A stretch of 64,000 nucleotides of DNA. Origin: an uncultured Candidatus Saccharibacteria bacterium. Its GTDB lineage: Bacteria; Patescibacteriota; Minisyncoccia; UBA6257; 1-14-0-10-44-23. Position 1 is the first letter of the stretch, and every line of letters starts with the position of its first letter. The stretch lies in assembly GCA_964549935.1 (NCBI GenBank), contig CAZJVT010000001.1, positions 155,922-219,921 of the forward strand, in the 5' to 3' direction. A program made the position numbers and the translations under genes. Below the pieces are notes generated by a model. It was given only the letters and a program-made list of their open reading frames with translations, was not told where the DNA came from and ran no database searches. Positions 19,705 through 28,890 of the stretch are shown here, in pieces.

Positions 19705-21385
19705 ACGAAGTCAACAAAAACGAGCCGCAATCTATTGCCGTGTTTCTAGCGATGAGCAGGTTAGAGGATACAGTTTGTCTACTCAGCAAGATCAGATTAC
19801 TGAGGTCATTGAAAAAGACAGTCTAAGCTTAGACAGCAAAAATGTTTTCGTCGACGATGGGTATACTGGCACCACCGACAACAGGCCTGCTTTGCAGAAG
19901 ATGATTGAGCAAGCCAAGAAAAAACAGATTGATGTCATATATGTTTGGAAGATTGACCGGCTCTACAGAAATACGAAGCTTATCCTTGGCTTAGTCGACG
20001 AACTACTTAAGTACGATGTCAGCGTCAAGTCGATTTTAGAGCCACATTGTGATAACTCAGACCCGAGAAGCCGTTATGTATTTACGATGCTTGCAGCTGG
20101 AGCAGAGATGGAACACGCGACCATTAAGGAGAGGACTCAGGGAGGCAAGGTCAGGGCCATGAAAGACGGCAAATGGGCTGGCATTGCGCCTTATGGCTAT
20201 GATGTTGACGCAGAGACTAAAAAGCTCATTATCAATGAGCATGAGGCACGCTGGGTAAGGAAGTTTTTCCAGTGGTTTGTTAACGAGAGAATGACATTAC
20301 ACAGATTGCAGGTTCGCATTAATGCTTCCAGCATACCGTCGAAGCTAGACAACCTTGCTGAAAAGAAAACTAAGCACGGTCGTCGTTATCAGCAGAAAAC
20401 TAGGAATGACAAGTTTTTCTGGGCAAAGAGAACGATAGACCGAATACTGACCAGAGAGATGTATGCAGGCACTCATGTTTTCAGGCAATACGATTCTCGG
20501 AGCAAGGCCATGACGGAATCCAATATGCGACCTCAGTCAGAGTGGATTCCAGTTTCGGTGCCAGCGATTGTAAGTCGAGAGATTTTTGATGCGGCTCAAA
20601 AACTGCTTAAGCGCAATAAGCGAGATTCACCAAGACGAACTTCTAGGGTTTATCTTTTCGGTAAGAAACTTGAGTGTGGTTTTTGCCATCGTCGTCTTCA
20701 GTCTGATTACGCTAGGCCTAAAATACGGAAAGACGGGACAAGAAAAGAGGATTACAACTACTACATAGGATCTTGGCATTGTGGTGGATACACGAATAAA
20801 AGATGTGAACATTGCGTAAGATACAATGAGAACAATTTGCGAGAGCCGATTTGGAATAGCATAGTCAAGCTACTTTCAAGTCCAGAGCTTGTCATAAATC
20901 TGATTTTGGAAGGTAGGTCTCAAAAAGAGGGAACATCAAATTTAGGGGAGCTTATTGTCAGCTACGAAAAAAGAGAAGTTGGATTCAAGATGCGCGAAGA
21001 GAGACTGTTGAACCTTCATCTTAGCGGTGAGCTTGATTTAGAGATTTACAGGAAAAAGAAAGCAGAGATAAAGGAACAGCGGCAAGAATTTGATAACGAG
21101 AAAAGGCGGATAGAGAATCTAGCAATTAACGAAGCAGAGAAGCGCAATAGAGTAGTTTCCGCAAAAGCGATCTATCGTAAACTTAGAGAACGATTAGCAA
21201 CAGCGACTTATGAACAGCAGGCGAATATTATTAAGGTTCTAGTTGAAAATATCGTTCTGAATGATCAGGAGGCAGAGATTGAGGTTAATCTTCCATTGAA
21301 AGAAGTTGTTCCACAATTCGTTGCTCGAATAGAAGCTAGTGATAAAAGTCCCGAAGTTTTGTGTGACAACCAACGAATGGATTGA
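19679..21385 (+). CDS. Large serine recombinase (integrase type) with a recombinase domain, zinc ribbon and C-terminal coiled coil.
   Basis: AAIYCRVSSDEQVRGYSLSTQQDQI; zinc ribbon CGFCHRRLQ..WHCGGYTNKRCEHC; coiled coil EIYRKKKAEIKEQRQEFDNEKRRIENL. Its start overlaps the previous recombinase by 26 nt, and its 3' end abuts the right junction. Confidence 0.85.
   Translation: MKKSLKTNERSQQKRAAIYCRVSSDEQVRGYSLSTQQDQITEVIEKDSLSLDSKNVFVDDGYTGTTDNRPALQKMIEQAKKKQIDVIYVWKIDRLYRNTKLILGLVDELLKYDVSVKSILEPHCDNSDPRSRYVFTMLAAGAEMEHATIKERTQGGKVRAMKDGKWAGIAPYGYDVDAETKKLIINEHEARWVRKFFQWFVNERMTLHRLQVRINASSIPSKLDNLAEKKTKHGRRYQQKTRNDKFFWAKRTIDRILTREMYAGTHVFRQYDSRSKAMTESNMRPQSEWIPVSVPAIVSREIFDAAQKLLKRNKRDSPRRTSRVYLFGKKLECGFCHRRLQSDYARPKIRKDGTRKEDYNYYIGSWHCGGYTNKRCEHCVRYNENNLREPIWNSIVKLLSSPELVINLILEGRSQKEGTSNLGELIVSYEKREVGFKMREERLLNLHLSGELDLEIYRKKKAEIKEQRQEFDNEKRRIENLAINEAEKRNRVVSAKAIYRKLRERLATATYEQQANIIKVLVENIVLNDQEAEIEVNLPLKEVVPQFVARIEASDKSPEVLCDNQRMD
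21371..21380. repeat. Right 10-bp direct repeat (caacgaatgg).
   Basis: Identical to 11143-11152. Confidence 0.6.
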
Positions 21386-22409
21386 GCTGCGCAATGCTAG
21401 CGATACTGCAATAAATGTCGGCGGATACTGGGTGATTGATAAAGCAGAACAGATTAAGGCGCATCTGCCAGAGAAGGTGCTCGGTCCGGGTGAATTTTAT
21501 TTACTGGAACGCGGCGATGACGCGGTGCCGTCATCAACGGCTGATTTTATATATACAGGCGGGTTAAGTAATAGTAACGAGGGGGTCCGCGTGTATGATC
21601 CAACCTGCACGCTCGTTGACCAGGCGCTCGCTGAACCGAAGTGGCCTGCCGGCGCTACCTCGCAGAAACGTAGCATGGAGCGCGGGGGTGATTGGCGGTG
21701 GTACAGCTACCAGGGCGAAGCCGTGAATGCAATTTTTGGCACGCCAAAGGCAAAGAATACTGCGCCAAATACGGCCGCGGGGCAGTATTTCCCGCCGCCA
21801 GTTGTAATCTCGACCCCGGCAATCGCCGAAGCCACCTCTTCGAGTACGACAAGTACTGCAGAATTAGCGAGCGCGGCAAACGTCATCATTCCGGACGCAC
21901 CGGAGTCAGACTCCGGTACTGATACGGGTGCAGGGCAGAGCGTGACGGGCTTGGATCACATCGTGATTAGTAGCGTGCAAACGACCGGCGGTTTGGGGCA
22001 TACCACCGAAGACTTTGTCGAGCTCTACAATCCGCTGGCAACGCAATTTAATTTAAAAGGTTCTCGTTTGGTGAAGCGCACGAAGGTTGGCACGAGCGAT
22101 ACCTCGCTCAAATCCTGGACAGACGATGCTTTCATCCCAAGCGGGGGAAGATATCGCTGGGCCAATACCGGATACCCAGGGAGTGCGGACGTGCGCACAA
22201 GTGGGAGTATCGCTGATGACAACGCGGTTGCGCTCCGACAAGGCAGCGAGGATACCGGAGTCATTATCGATGCAGTTGGTTGGGGGCAGGCGAGCAATGC
22301 TTTAGTTGAGTCCTCTCCGTTTAGCACCAACCCGACTGTCGGGCAGGTCTTAGCTCGTAAGCAGTGGGTTGATACAAGTAGCAACGCTTCGGATTTTGAA
22401 ATCCGTTGA
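21381..22409 (+). pseudogene. 3' fragment of the interrupted LTD protein gene, with two lamin-tail domains.
   Basis: Continues ..(NEW)IELRNASDTAINVGGYWVIDK..GEFYLLERG..GGLSNSNEGVRVYDP, with a second LTD at ..DFVELYNP..NLKGSRL. An in-frame ATG at 21339 inside the integrase 3' end could drive a truncated product. Confidence 0.6.
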
Positions 22410-22417
22410 TTTTTCTT

Positions 22418-22470
22418 GATTGTACTATTCGCGCGAATGGTACAATCAAGTCTTTTTGGGTTTTTAAATA
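22418..22470 (+). terminator. Rho-independent terminator after the LTD gene.
   Basis: Near-perfect 34-nt palindrome ttgattgtactattcgcgcgaatggtacaatcaa followed by gtctttttgggttttt. Confidence 0.6.
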
Positions 22471-22529
22471 GCGAGCGGGCGGCGCGTGGTGTTCGCGCCG
22501 CCCGTCGAGGCTCTTCCCGAACTCGTTGC

Positions 22530-22802
22530 TCAATGCTGCTTGGAAGCAGCGCATCCGACTCGAGGGCAGAAGGAGACCGTGATGACCTCGATCCCGCCAG
22601 TTCGGGTGTTCTGCCGGAGCGTGAAGCCCATGAACTGGTGATCGTCTTGCCTCACGACTTCGGCGAGACGCATCAGGCTTCTCGCCACCACTGCCCGTTC
22701 TTCGGCCGGGATGCTGCACCGGTGCACAACGGCACCGGCAACGACTTCACGCGACTCTTCGACGACTCGGAAGGTCGCGTTCTTTCCACCGCGAGGACAC
22801 AT
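22530..22802 (-). CDS. Hypothetical small protein (90 aa) encoded in a high-GC island.
   Basis: Perfect AAGGAGG RBS 5 nt upstream of the ATG on the minus strand. GC3-rich codons unlike the neighbours. CPRGG...CPRVGC cysteine pairs. Confidence 0.4.
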   Translation of the reverse strand: MCPRGGKNATFRVVEESREVVAGAVVHRCSIPAEERAVVARSLMRLAEVVRQDDHQFMGFTLRQNTRTGGIEVITVSFCPRVGCAASKQH

Positions 22803-22910
22803 ACACACCTCCTTGTTGCGGGTATTTTTAACTTACTCCATGGCTTGTTTTTAGTCCAATTTTTTGCTATACTTACTCTAATTCCCGTTAGGAACTTTAT
22901 TTATTTTTGA

Positions 22911-24971
<2,061 letters not shown>

Positions 24972-25175
24972 CTCGCGCAGAATTCGTGCGCTGCTTTTGC
25001 TCTCGCGGGGCACAGGCATATTTTCCCGGTGGAAAATTGCCTTCGTTCTCGCGCCGTCGCGCTGCGAAAGTCCCCGCAAAAGCAAAAGCAGTGCACATTC
25101 TGGTTGAGGTAACCAAATTTTCTAAGCGCAGCGCGGATTGTAGCTGCTTCGCAGCTTTTTAGTTCTATATTTCTC

Positions 25176-25213
25176 ACGGCTCAACGGCGGGTCGTTGAGC
25201 CGTGAGATTTTTG
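25176..25213 (+). repeat. 38-nt hairpin repeat, copy 1.
   Basis: acggctcaacggcgggtcgttgagccgtgagatttttg. 13-bp stem plus T-run; a second copy lies at 26336-26373 with 1 mismatch. Confidence 0.6.
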
Positions 25214-25232
25214 TTCATAGAAAGATGAGGGA

Positions 25233-25260
25233 TTGACTTTTAATATAAATGTGCTATTAT
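25233..25260 (+). promoter_or_regulatory. Sigma70-like promoter for the island-B coiled-coil gene.
   Basis: ttgact, 16-nt spacer, tattat, about 75 nt upstream of the RBS and ATG at 25337. Confidence 0.45.
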
Positions 25261-25336
25261 ATGCCTCTGCTGAGCGGCGCCTATGGTTGGTGTCCGGCAG
25301 ATGGTTTGTTTGGGTTTCGGTTCGGAAGGAGAGGTC

Positions 25337-26230
25337 ATGGCCCAGGTTAACGTCGGGGAGCTGCTCGAGAGGGCGTTCCCATCGGTCGCTGGTTCCGAAG
25401 GCAAGGTGCTGGTCGTGGGTGGAAGGAACACGAACTTCACCTACTACGAAGAGCTCAAGGCGACCGGGCGCGTCATCTTCTGGCTCGAGGACGAGGCACG
25501 TCGCAAGGACATACTGCCGCCGGGAACGCGCGTGCTGGTGCTCACGCACTGGCGCGAGCCGACCTTCAAGCGGAAGTTCCAGCCGCAGTGCGAAGCCGCT
25601 GACGCGGTCGTGGTCGACGTCGGTTCGTCCACGGGTGTGTTCAACAAGTGGTCAGCTCGACTGCTCGAGGCCTGGAACGCGGCCGTGCCTGAGCGTCAGC
25701 CAGCTCCGGAGGAGCCCGAGGGCGACGAGGAGCTGATCTCCAGCGTCGAGCCGAAGGTCCCGCAGGACTTCAAGGAGTTGGTCAACTCGCTGCATGCCTT
25801 CCGGGGCATGCTCGATGAAACCCTCTGTGGAATTCCGGCCTCGATCCACGCCTTCGAGGAGAAGTTGCGGGCGGAGCTTCGGCCGCAAGTCCGGGCGGAG
25901 CTGCGTACCGAGGTGGAGAAGGACTTCGCGCTGCGCGTCACCACCGAAGTCGAGCGGCGGCGCGCTGAGATCCTTGCCAGTGTCACGAAGGACGCTCGGA
26001 CCCAGATCGGCGCCGCCGAGCGGCGTACCCTGGAGGTCGAGGATCTCAACAAGGCGCTGGCCGGAGCGGTGGGCGAGCGCGATTCCACGATCAAGGATCT
26101 GGAGGCGCGGCTCGCGGCCAAGGACGAGCAGATCAAGGCCAAGGACACGCAGATCGCCGAGTACAAGGTGGCACAGGAGGCGCTCGGTCGCTTCCTCTCG
26201 GTTGGCAAGACGCCACCCGGGCAGCAGTAG
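25337..26230 (+). CDS. Hypothetical protein with an N-terminal alpha/beta domain and a long C-terminal coiled coil; high-GC island gene.
   Basis: GGAGAG RBS 6 nt upstream. Very high GC3. Coiled-coil heptads in EKLRAELRPQVRAELRTEVEKDFALR...LEARLAAKDEQIKAKDTQIAEYK. Hairpin terminator at 26291-26335. Confidence 0.5.
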   Translation: MAQVNVGELLERAFPSVAGSEGKVLVVGGRNTNFTYYEELKATGRVIFWLEDEARRKDILPPGTRVLVLTHWREPTFKRKFQPQCEAADAVVVDVGSSTGVFNKWSARLLEAWNAAVPERQPAPEEPEGDEELISSVEPKVPQDFKELVNSLHAFRGMLDETLCGIPASIHAFEEKLRAELRPQVRAELRTEVEKDFALRVTTEVERRRAEILASVTKDARTQIGAAERRTLEVEDLNKALAGAVGERDSTIKDLEARLAAKDEQIKAKDTQIAEYKVAQEALGRFLSVGKTPPGQQ

Positions 26231-26335
26231 TCGGTCTGTCTAGGCGGGTGTCCTGACCACCCACAACTAAAGAAAGGAGCATTAGCAATTCAGCCGCCTC
26301 AAACACCAGTCGTGTCAGGCGGCTGTGTGTTTTTA

Positions 26336-26373
26336 ACGGCTCAACGGCGGCTCGTTGAGCCGTGAGATTTTTG
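26336..26373 (+). repeat. 38-nt hairpin repeat, copy 2.
   Basis: acggctcaacggcggctcgttgagccgtgagatttttg. Confidence 0.6.
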
Positions 26374-26446
26374 GCGCGTATTGCGTTGTTTCGCCTCCTA
26401 GGAGTAAGCTGAATTTGTTCCCAGGCTTCAACAAGGAGAACGTTCG

Positions 26447-26629
26447 ATGTGTTACCGAGACGACATCAGAACTACGCGGTACTGCAGCTTCTGCAACAAG
26501 CCCTATTACGGCGACCTCGGGCACCGCGGGTGCCAGGCCTTCAAGAAGAAGTCTCCGCCCGAAGAGGCCAAGCCTGCAGATGCCGAGAAGACGGCTCCTG
26601 AGGCAGAGAAGCCGGCCGGCACGAAGTGA
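26447..26629 (+). CDS. Small Cys-rich protein (60 aa), probably zinc-binding, with a Lys/Pro/Glu/Ala-rich tail.
   Basis: AAGGAGA RBS. YCSFCNKPYYGDLGHRGC motif. High-GC codons. Confidence 0.4.
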   Translation: MCYRDDIRTTRYCSFCNKPYYGDLGHRGCQAFKKKSPPEEAKPADAEKTAPEAEKPAGTK

Positions 26630-26699
26630 TGGCCGGCAGAGCGAAGAGGGCTCGTGCGGCGGCCCGGGAAGGGCCCACCGCCGAGCCCCTCCCACCTTT

Positions 26700-26728
26700 T
26701 TGACAATTTCTGTGACTTCCGCTATAAT
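26700..26728 (+). promoter_or_regulatory. Consensus sigma70 promoter upstream of secE-nusG-rplK.
   Basis: ttgaca, 17-nt spacer, tataat (perfect consensus), followed by the short hairpin ctgcgg-aaagggaac-ccgcag-tttttt before secE. Confidence 0.6.
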
Positions 26729-26781
26729 GTCTGTAATGGCTGCGGAAAGGGAACCCGCAGTTTTTTAAAACCTATTTTTCT

Positions 26782-26970
26782 ATGAGTAAAATCGCAGCAT
26801 ATTTTGCAGGTGCCCAGCAGGAGTTTAAGCTTATTAAGTGGCCGACGCTCATCGAGACGCGTAACTTAACGCTTGTCGTTATCGGCGTTTCAGTGCTTAT
26901 CGCCGTTTTCCTCGGTATTTTTGACTACTTGTTCACAACCGGACTTACGAGCATAATCGCACAGCAGTAA
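26782..26970 (+). CDS. secE: Preprotein translocase subunit SecE.
   Basis: 62-aa single-TM protein immediately upstream of nusG; KWPTLIETRNLTLVVIGVSVLIAVFLGIFDYLF. Confidence 0.8.
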   Translation: MSKIAAYFAGAQQEFKLIKWPTLIETRNLTLVVIGVSVLIAVFLGIFDYLFTTGLTSIIAQQ

Positions 26971-26974
26971 TACT

Positions 26975-27544
26975 ATGGAAGAGACAAACAAAGACGAAAA
27001 AGCAAAAGTTAAGCCGGCTCCGCGCCACTGGTACGCCGTCCACACCTATTCAGGTTACGAGGACGCCGTCACGCGTTACTTAAAGCAGCGCGTTGAATCT
27101 TTGGAGATGGGCGACAAAATCTTCAACGTTATCGTGCCGAAAGAAAAGAAAGTGAAAATCACTAACGGCCGCCGTAAGGAGATTGAGGAGAAGGTGTACC
27201 CGGGTTATGTGCTCGTTGATATGCTTCTGACGGATGACTCTTGGTACGTAGTGCGTAACACGCCGCGCGTTACCGGATTCGTCGGCAGTGACTCGACGAC
27301 ACCGACACCGCTTTCGCAGGCCGAGGTAGACGCCTTGATGGCCAAGATGAGCGGAGACCACAAGAAGTTCACGGTGGACCTCAAGATTGGCGATATGGTC
27401 AAGATTACCGATGGTCCGTTTAAGGACTACGATGGTAAGGTCAGCCAGGTGGATGAGAAGAGCGGCATGATCAAGGTGGTTATCGCAATCTTCGGTCGCG
27501 ACACGGTAATGGAGCTCGACTCCTTGCAAGTTCAGAAACTTTAA
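26975..27544 (+). CDS. nusG: Transcription termination/antitermination factor NusG.
   Basis: KWYAVHTYSGYEDAV (NGN domain) and KIGDMVKITDGPFKDYDGKVSQVD (KOW domain). Confidence 0.9.
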   Translation: MEETNKDEKAKVKPAPRHWYAVHTYSGYEDAVTRYLKQRVESLEMGDKIFNVIVPKEKKVKITNGRRKEIEEKVYPGYVLVDMLLTDDSWYVVRNTPRVTGFVGSDSTTPTPLSQAEVDALMAKMSGDHKKFTVDLKIGDMVKITDGPFKDYDGKVSQVDEKSGMIKVVIAIFGRDTVMELDSLQVQKL

Positions 27545-27566
27545 ACTAGTATAGAAACCTACACGT

Positions 27567-27995
27567 ATGGCAGGTAAACCAGTAAAAGCAGTTGTAAAGC
27601 TGCAAATCGAGGCAGGTAAGGCTAATCCGGCTCCGCCGATTGGTACGGCCCTTGGCCCTCAGGGTATCAACATCATGAACTTCTGTAAGGAGTTTAACGC
27701 CGCGACTGCACAGATGGCGGGTGATGTTATCCCGGCTGTTATCACGATCTACGAAGACCGCAGTTTTAGTTTCATCATGAAGACGCCGCCGGCCTCCTCG
27801 CTGCTTAAGAAGTACGCGAAGATTGAGAAGGGTGCCGCTAACCCGCTGACCACCAAGGTTGGCAAGGTTACCAAGGCTGATGTCCGCAAGATCGCTGAGC
27901 AGAAACTCGTCGACCTCAACACGACGGATATCGAGAAAGCGATGCGCACTGTTGCCGGAACCGCCCGCAACATGGGTATCGAAATCAAAGACTAA
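27567..27995 (+). CDS. rplK: 50S ribosomal protein L11.
   Basis: [34 protein letters not shown]. Confidence 0.9.
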   Translation: MAGKPVKAVVKLQIEAGKANPAPPIGTALGPQGINIMNFCKEFNAATAQMAGDVIPAVITIYEDRSFSFIMKTPPASSLLKKYAKIEKGAANPLTTKVGKVTKADVRKIAEQKLVDLNTTDIEKAMRTVAGTARNMGIEIKD

Positions 27996-28002
27996 GAATC
28001 AA

Positions 28003-28040
28003 AACACAAACGGCGCCTCGGGCGCCGTTTGTGTTTTGTG
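28003..28040 (+). terminator. Rho-independent terminator after rplK.
   Basis: acaaacggcgcc-tcg-ggcgccgtttgt then gttttgtg. Confidence 0.65.
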
Positions 28041-28066
28041 ATTACATTGCTAGAATAGTACGTACG

Positions 28067-28771
28067 ATGGCAAAGGGTAAATTTATCGTAATTGAGGGTA
28101 CGGACGGGAGCGGCAAGGCGACCCAGACCAAGGTGCTTGCCGACAAGTTGACCGGCGCGGGTTACCGCGTGGCGATGTTTGATTTCCCGCAGTACTTTAA
28201 GAGTTCGTCCGACTTCGTCAAAGCTTATCTGCAGGGTCGCTACGGCAGCATCTCTGAAGTAGGTCCGCAGAAGGCCTCGCTGCTTTACGCGCTGGATCGT
28301 TTTGAGGCTGCACCGGAAATTCGCGCCGCGCTCAAGGAGGGTAAGATAGTACTTGCGAATCGATACGTCGCCTCGAACCTCGGACACCAGGGGGCCAAGA
28401 TTCCTTCGGCGGACGAGCGAATGCGCTTTTACTTGTGGATTCAGGATTTGGAGTACAAGATTTTAGAAATTCCGAAGCCGGACCTCAACGTCGTGTTACA
28501 CGTCCCGGCTAAAGTCGCGCAGCAGCTGGTTGATCAAAAAACAGGTAGCGAGCGCGGCTACACAGGAGGGAAGACGCGCGACCTACACGAATCAAGCTTG
28601 AGCCACTTAAAGAAGGCTGAGCGCGTGTATCTTGAACTCGTGCGGTTATTCCCGCGGCAGTTTACGCTACTCGAGTGTTTCCGTAACGGCAAGATTTTGC
28701 CGGTCGAGGAGATTAGTGAGTCAATCTGGAAGCTGGTACAAAAGAAAGTTCACTTACGCGCTGAAGTATAG
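28067..28771 (+). CDS. tmk: Thymidylate kinase.
   Basis: FIVIEGTDGSGKATQ P-loop and dTMP kinase blocks. Confidence 0.85.
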   Translation: MAKGKFIVIEGTDGSGKATQTKVLADKLTGAGYRVAMFDFPQYFKSSSDFVKAYLQGRYGSISEVGPQKASLLYALDRFEAAPEIRAALKEGKIVLANRYVASNLGHQGAKIPSADERMRFYLWIQDLEYKILEIPKPDLNVVLHVPAKVAQQLVDQKTGSERGYTGGKTRDLHESSLSHLKKAERVYLELVRLFPRQFTLLECFRNGKILPVEEISESIWKLVQKKVHLRAEV

Positions 28772-28775
28772 AATT

Positions 28776-28889
28776 ATGGTTACTTACATTCCCGTCATAG
28801 GTTTAGAAATCCCCGCCGTCGCTAAAGCTTCCTCCGTCGCCAAGGCTATGGCGGACAAGTTGGCGGGCAAGCACGCCTTAACTTTTTGA
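28776..28889 (+). CDS. Small upstream ORF (37 aa) whose first 12 residues duplicate the GatB N-terminus; its stop overlaps the gatB start (tgatATG).
   Basis: MVTYIPVIGLEI matches gatB MTTYIPVIGLEI, but 8 of the 12 codons differ at synonymous sites. Confidence 0.3.
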   Translation: MVTYIPVIGLEIPAVAKASSVAKAMADKLAGKHALTF

Positions 28890-28890
28890 T

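Larger units (their letters stand above)
11153..21370 (+). mobile_element. Integrated genomic island or phage-satellite-like element of about 10.2 kb.
   Basis: It splits one host ORF in two and is flanked by 10-bp direct repeats. It is visibly more AT-rich than the flanks. Two serine recombinase genes abut the right junction. Confidence 0.7.

Noticed and set aside
22416-22910. Plus-strand 164-aa ORF spanning island A up to gyrB.
   Set aside because: It starts inside the terminator palindrome with no RBS and no protein-like segments. The minus-strand ORF with an AAGGAGG RBS is preferred, though still only moderately confident.
25696-26243. Overlapping ORFs on both strands (170 aa on the minus strand, 149 aa on the plus strand) inside island B.
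   Set aside because: High GC suppresses stop codons in all frames. Only the frame with an RBS and a coiled-coil heptad pattern (25337-26230) is credible.
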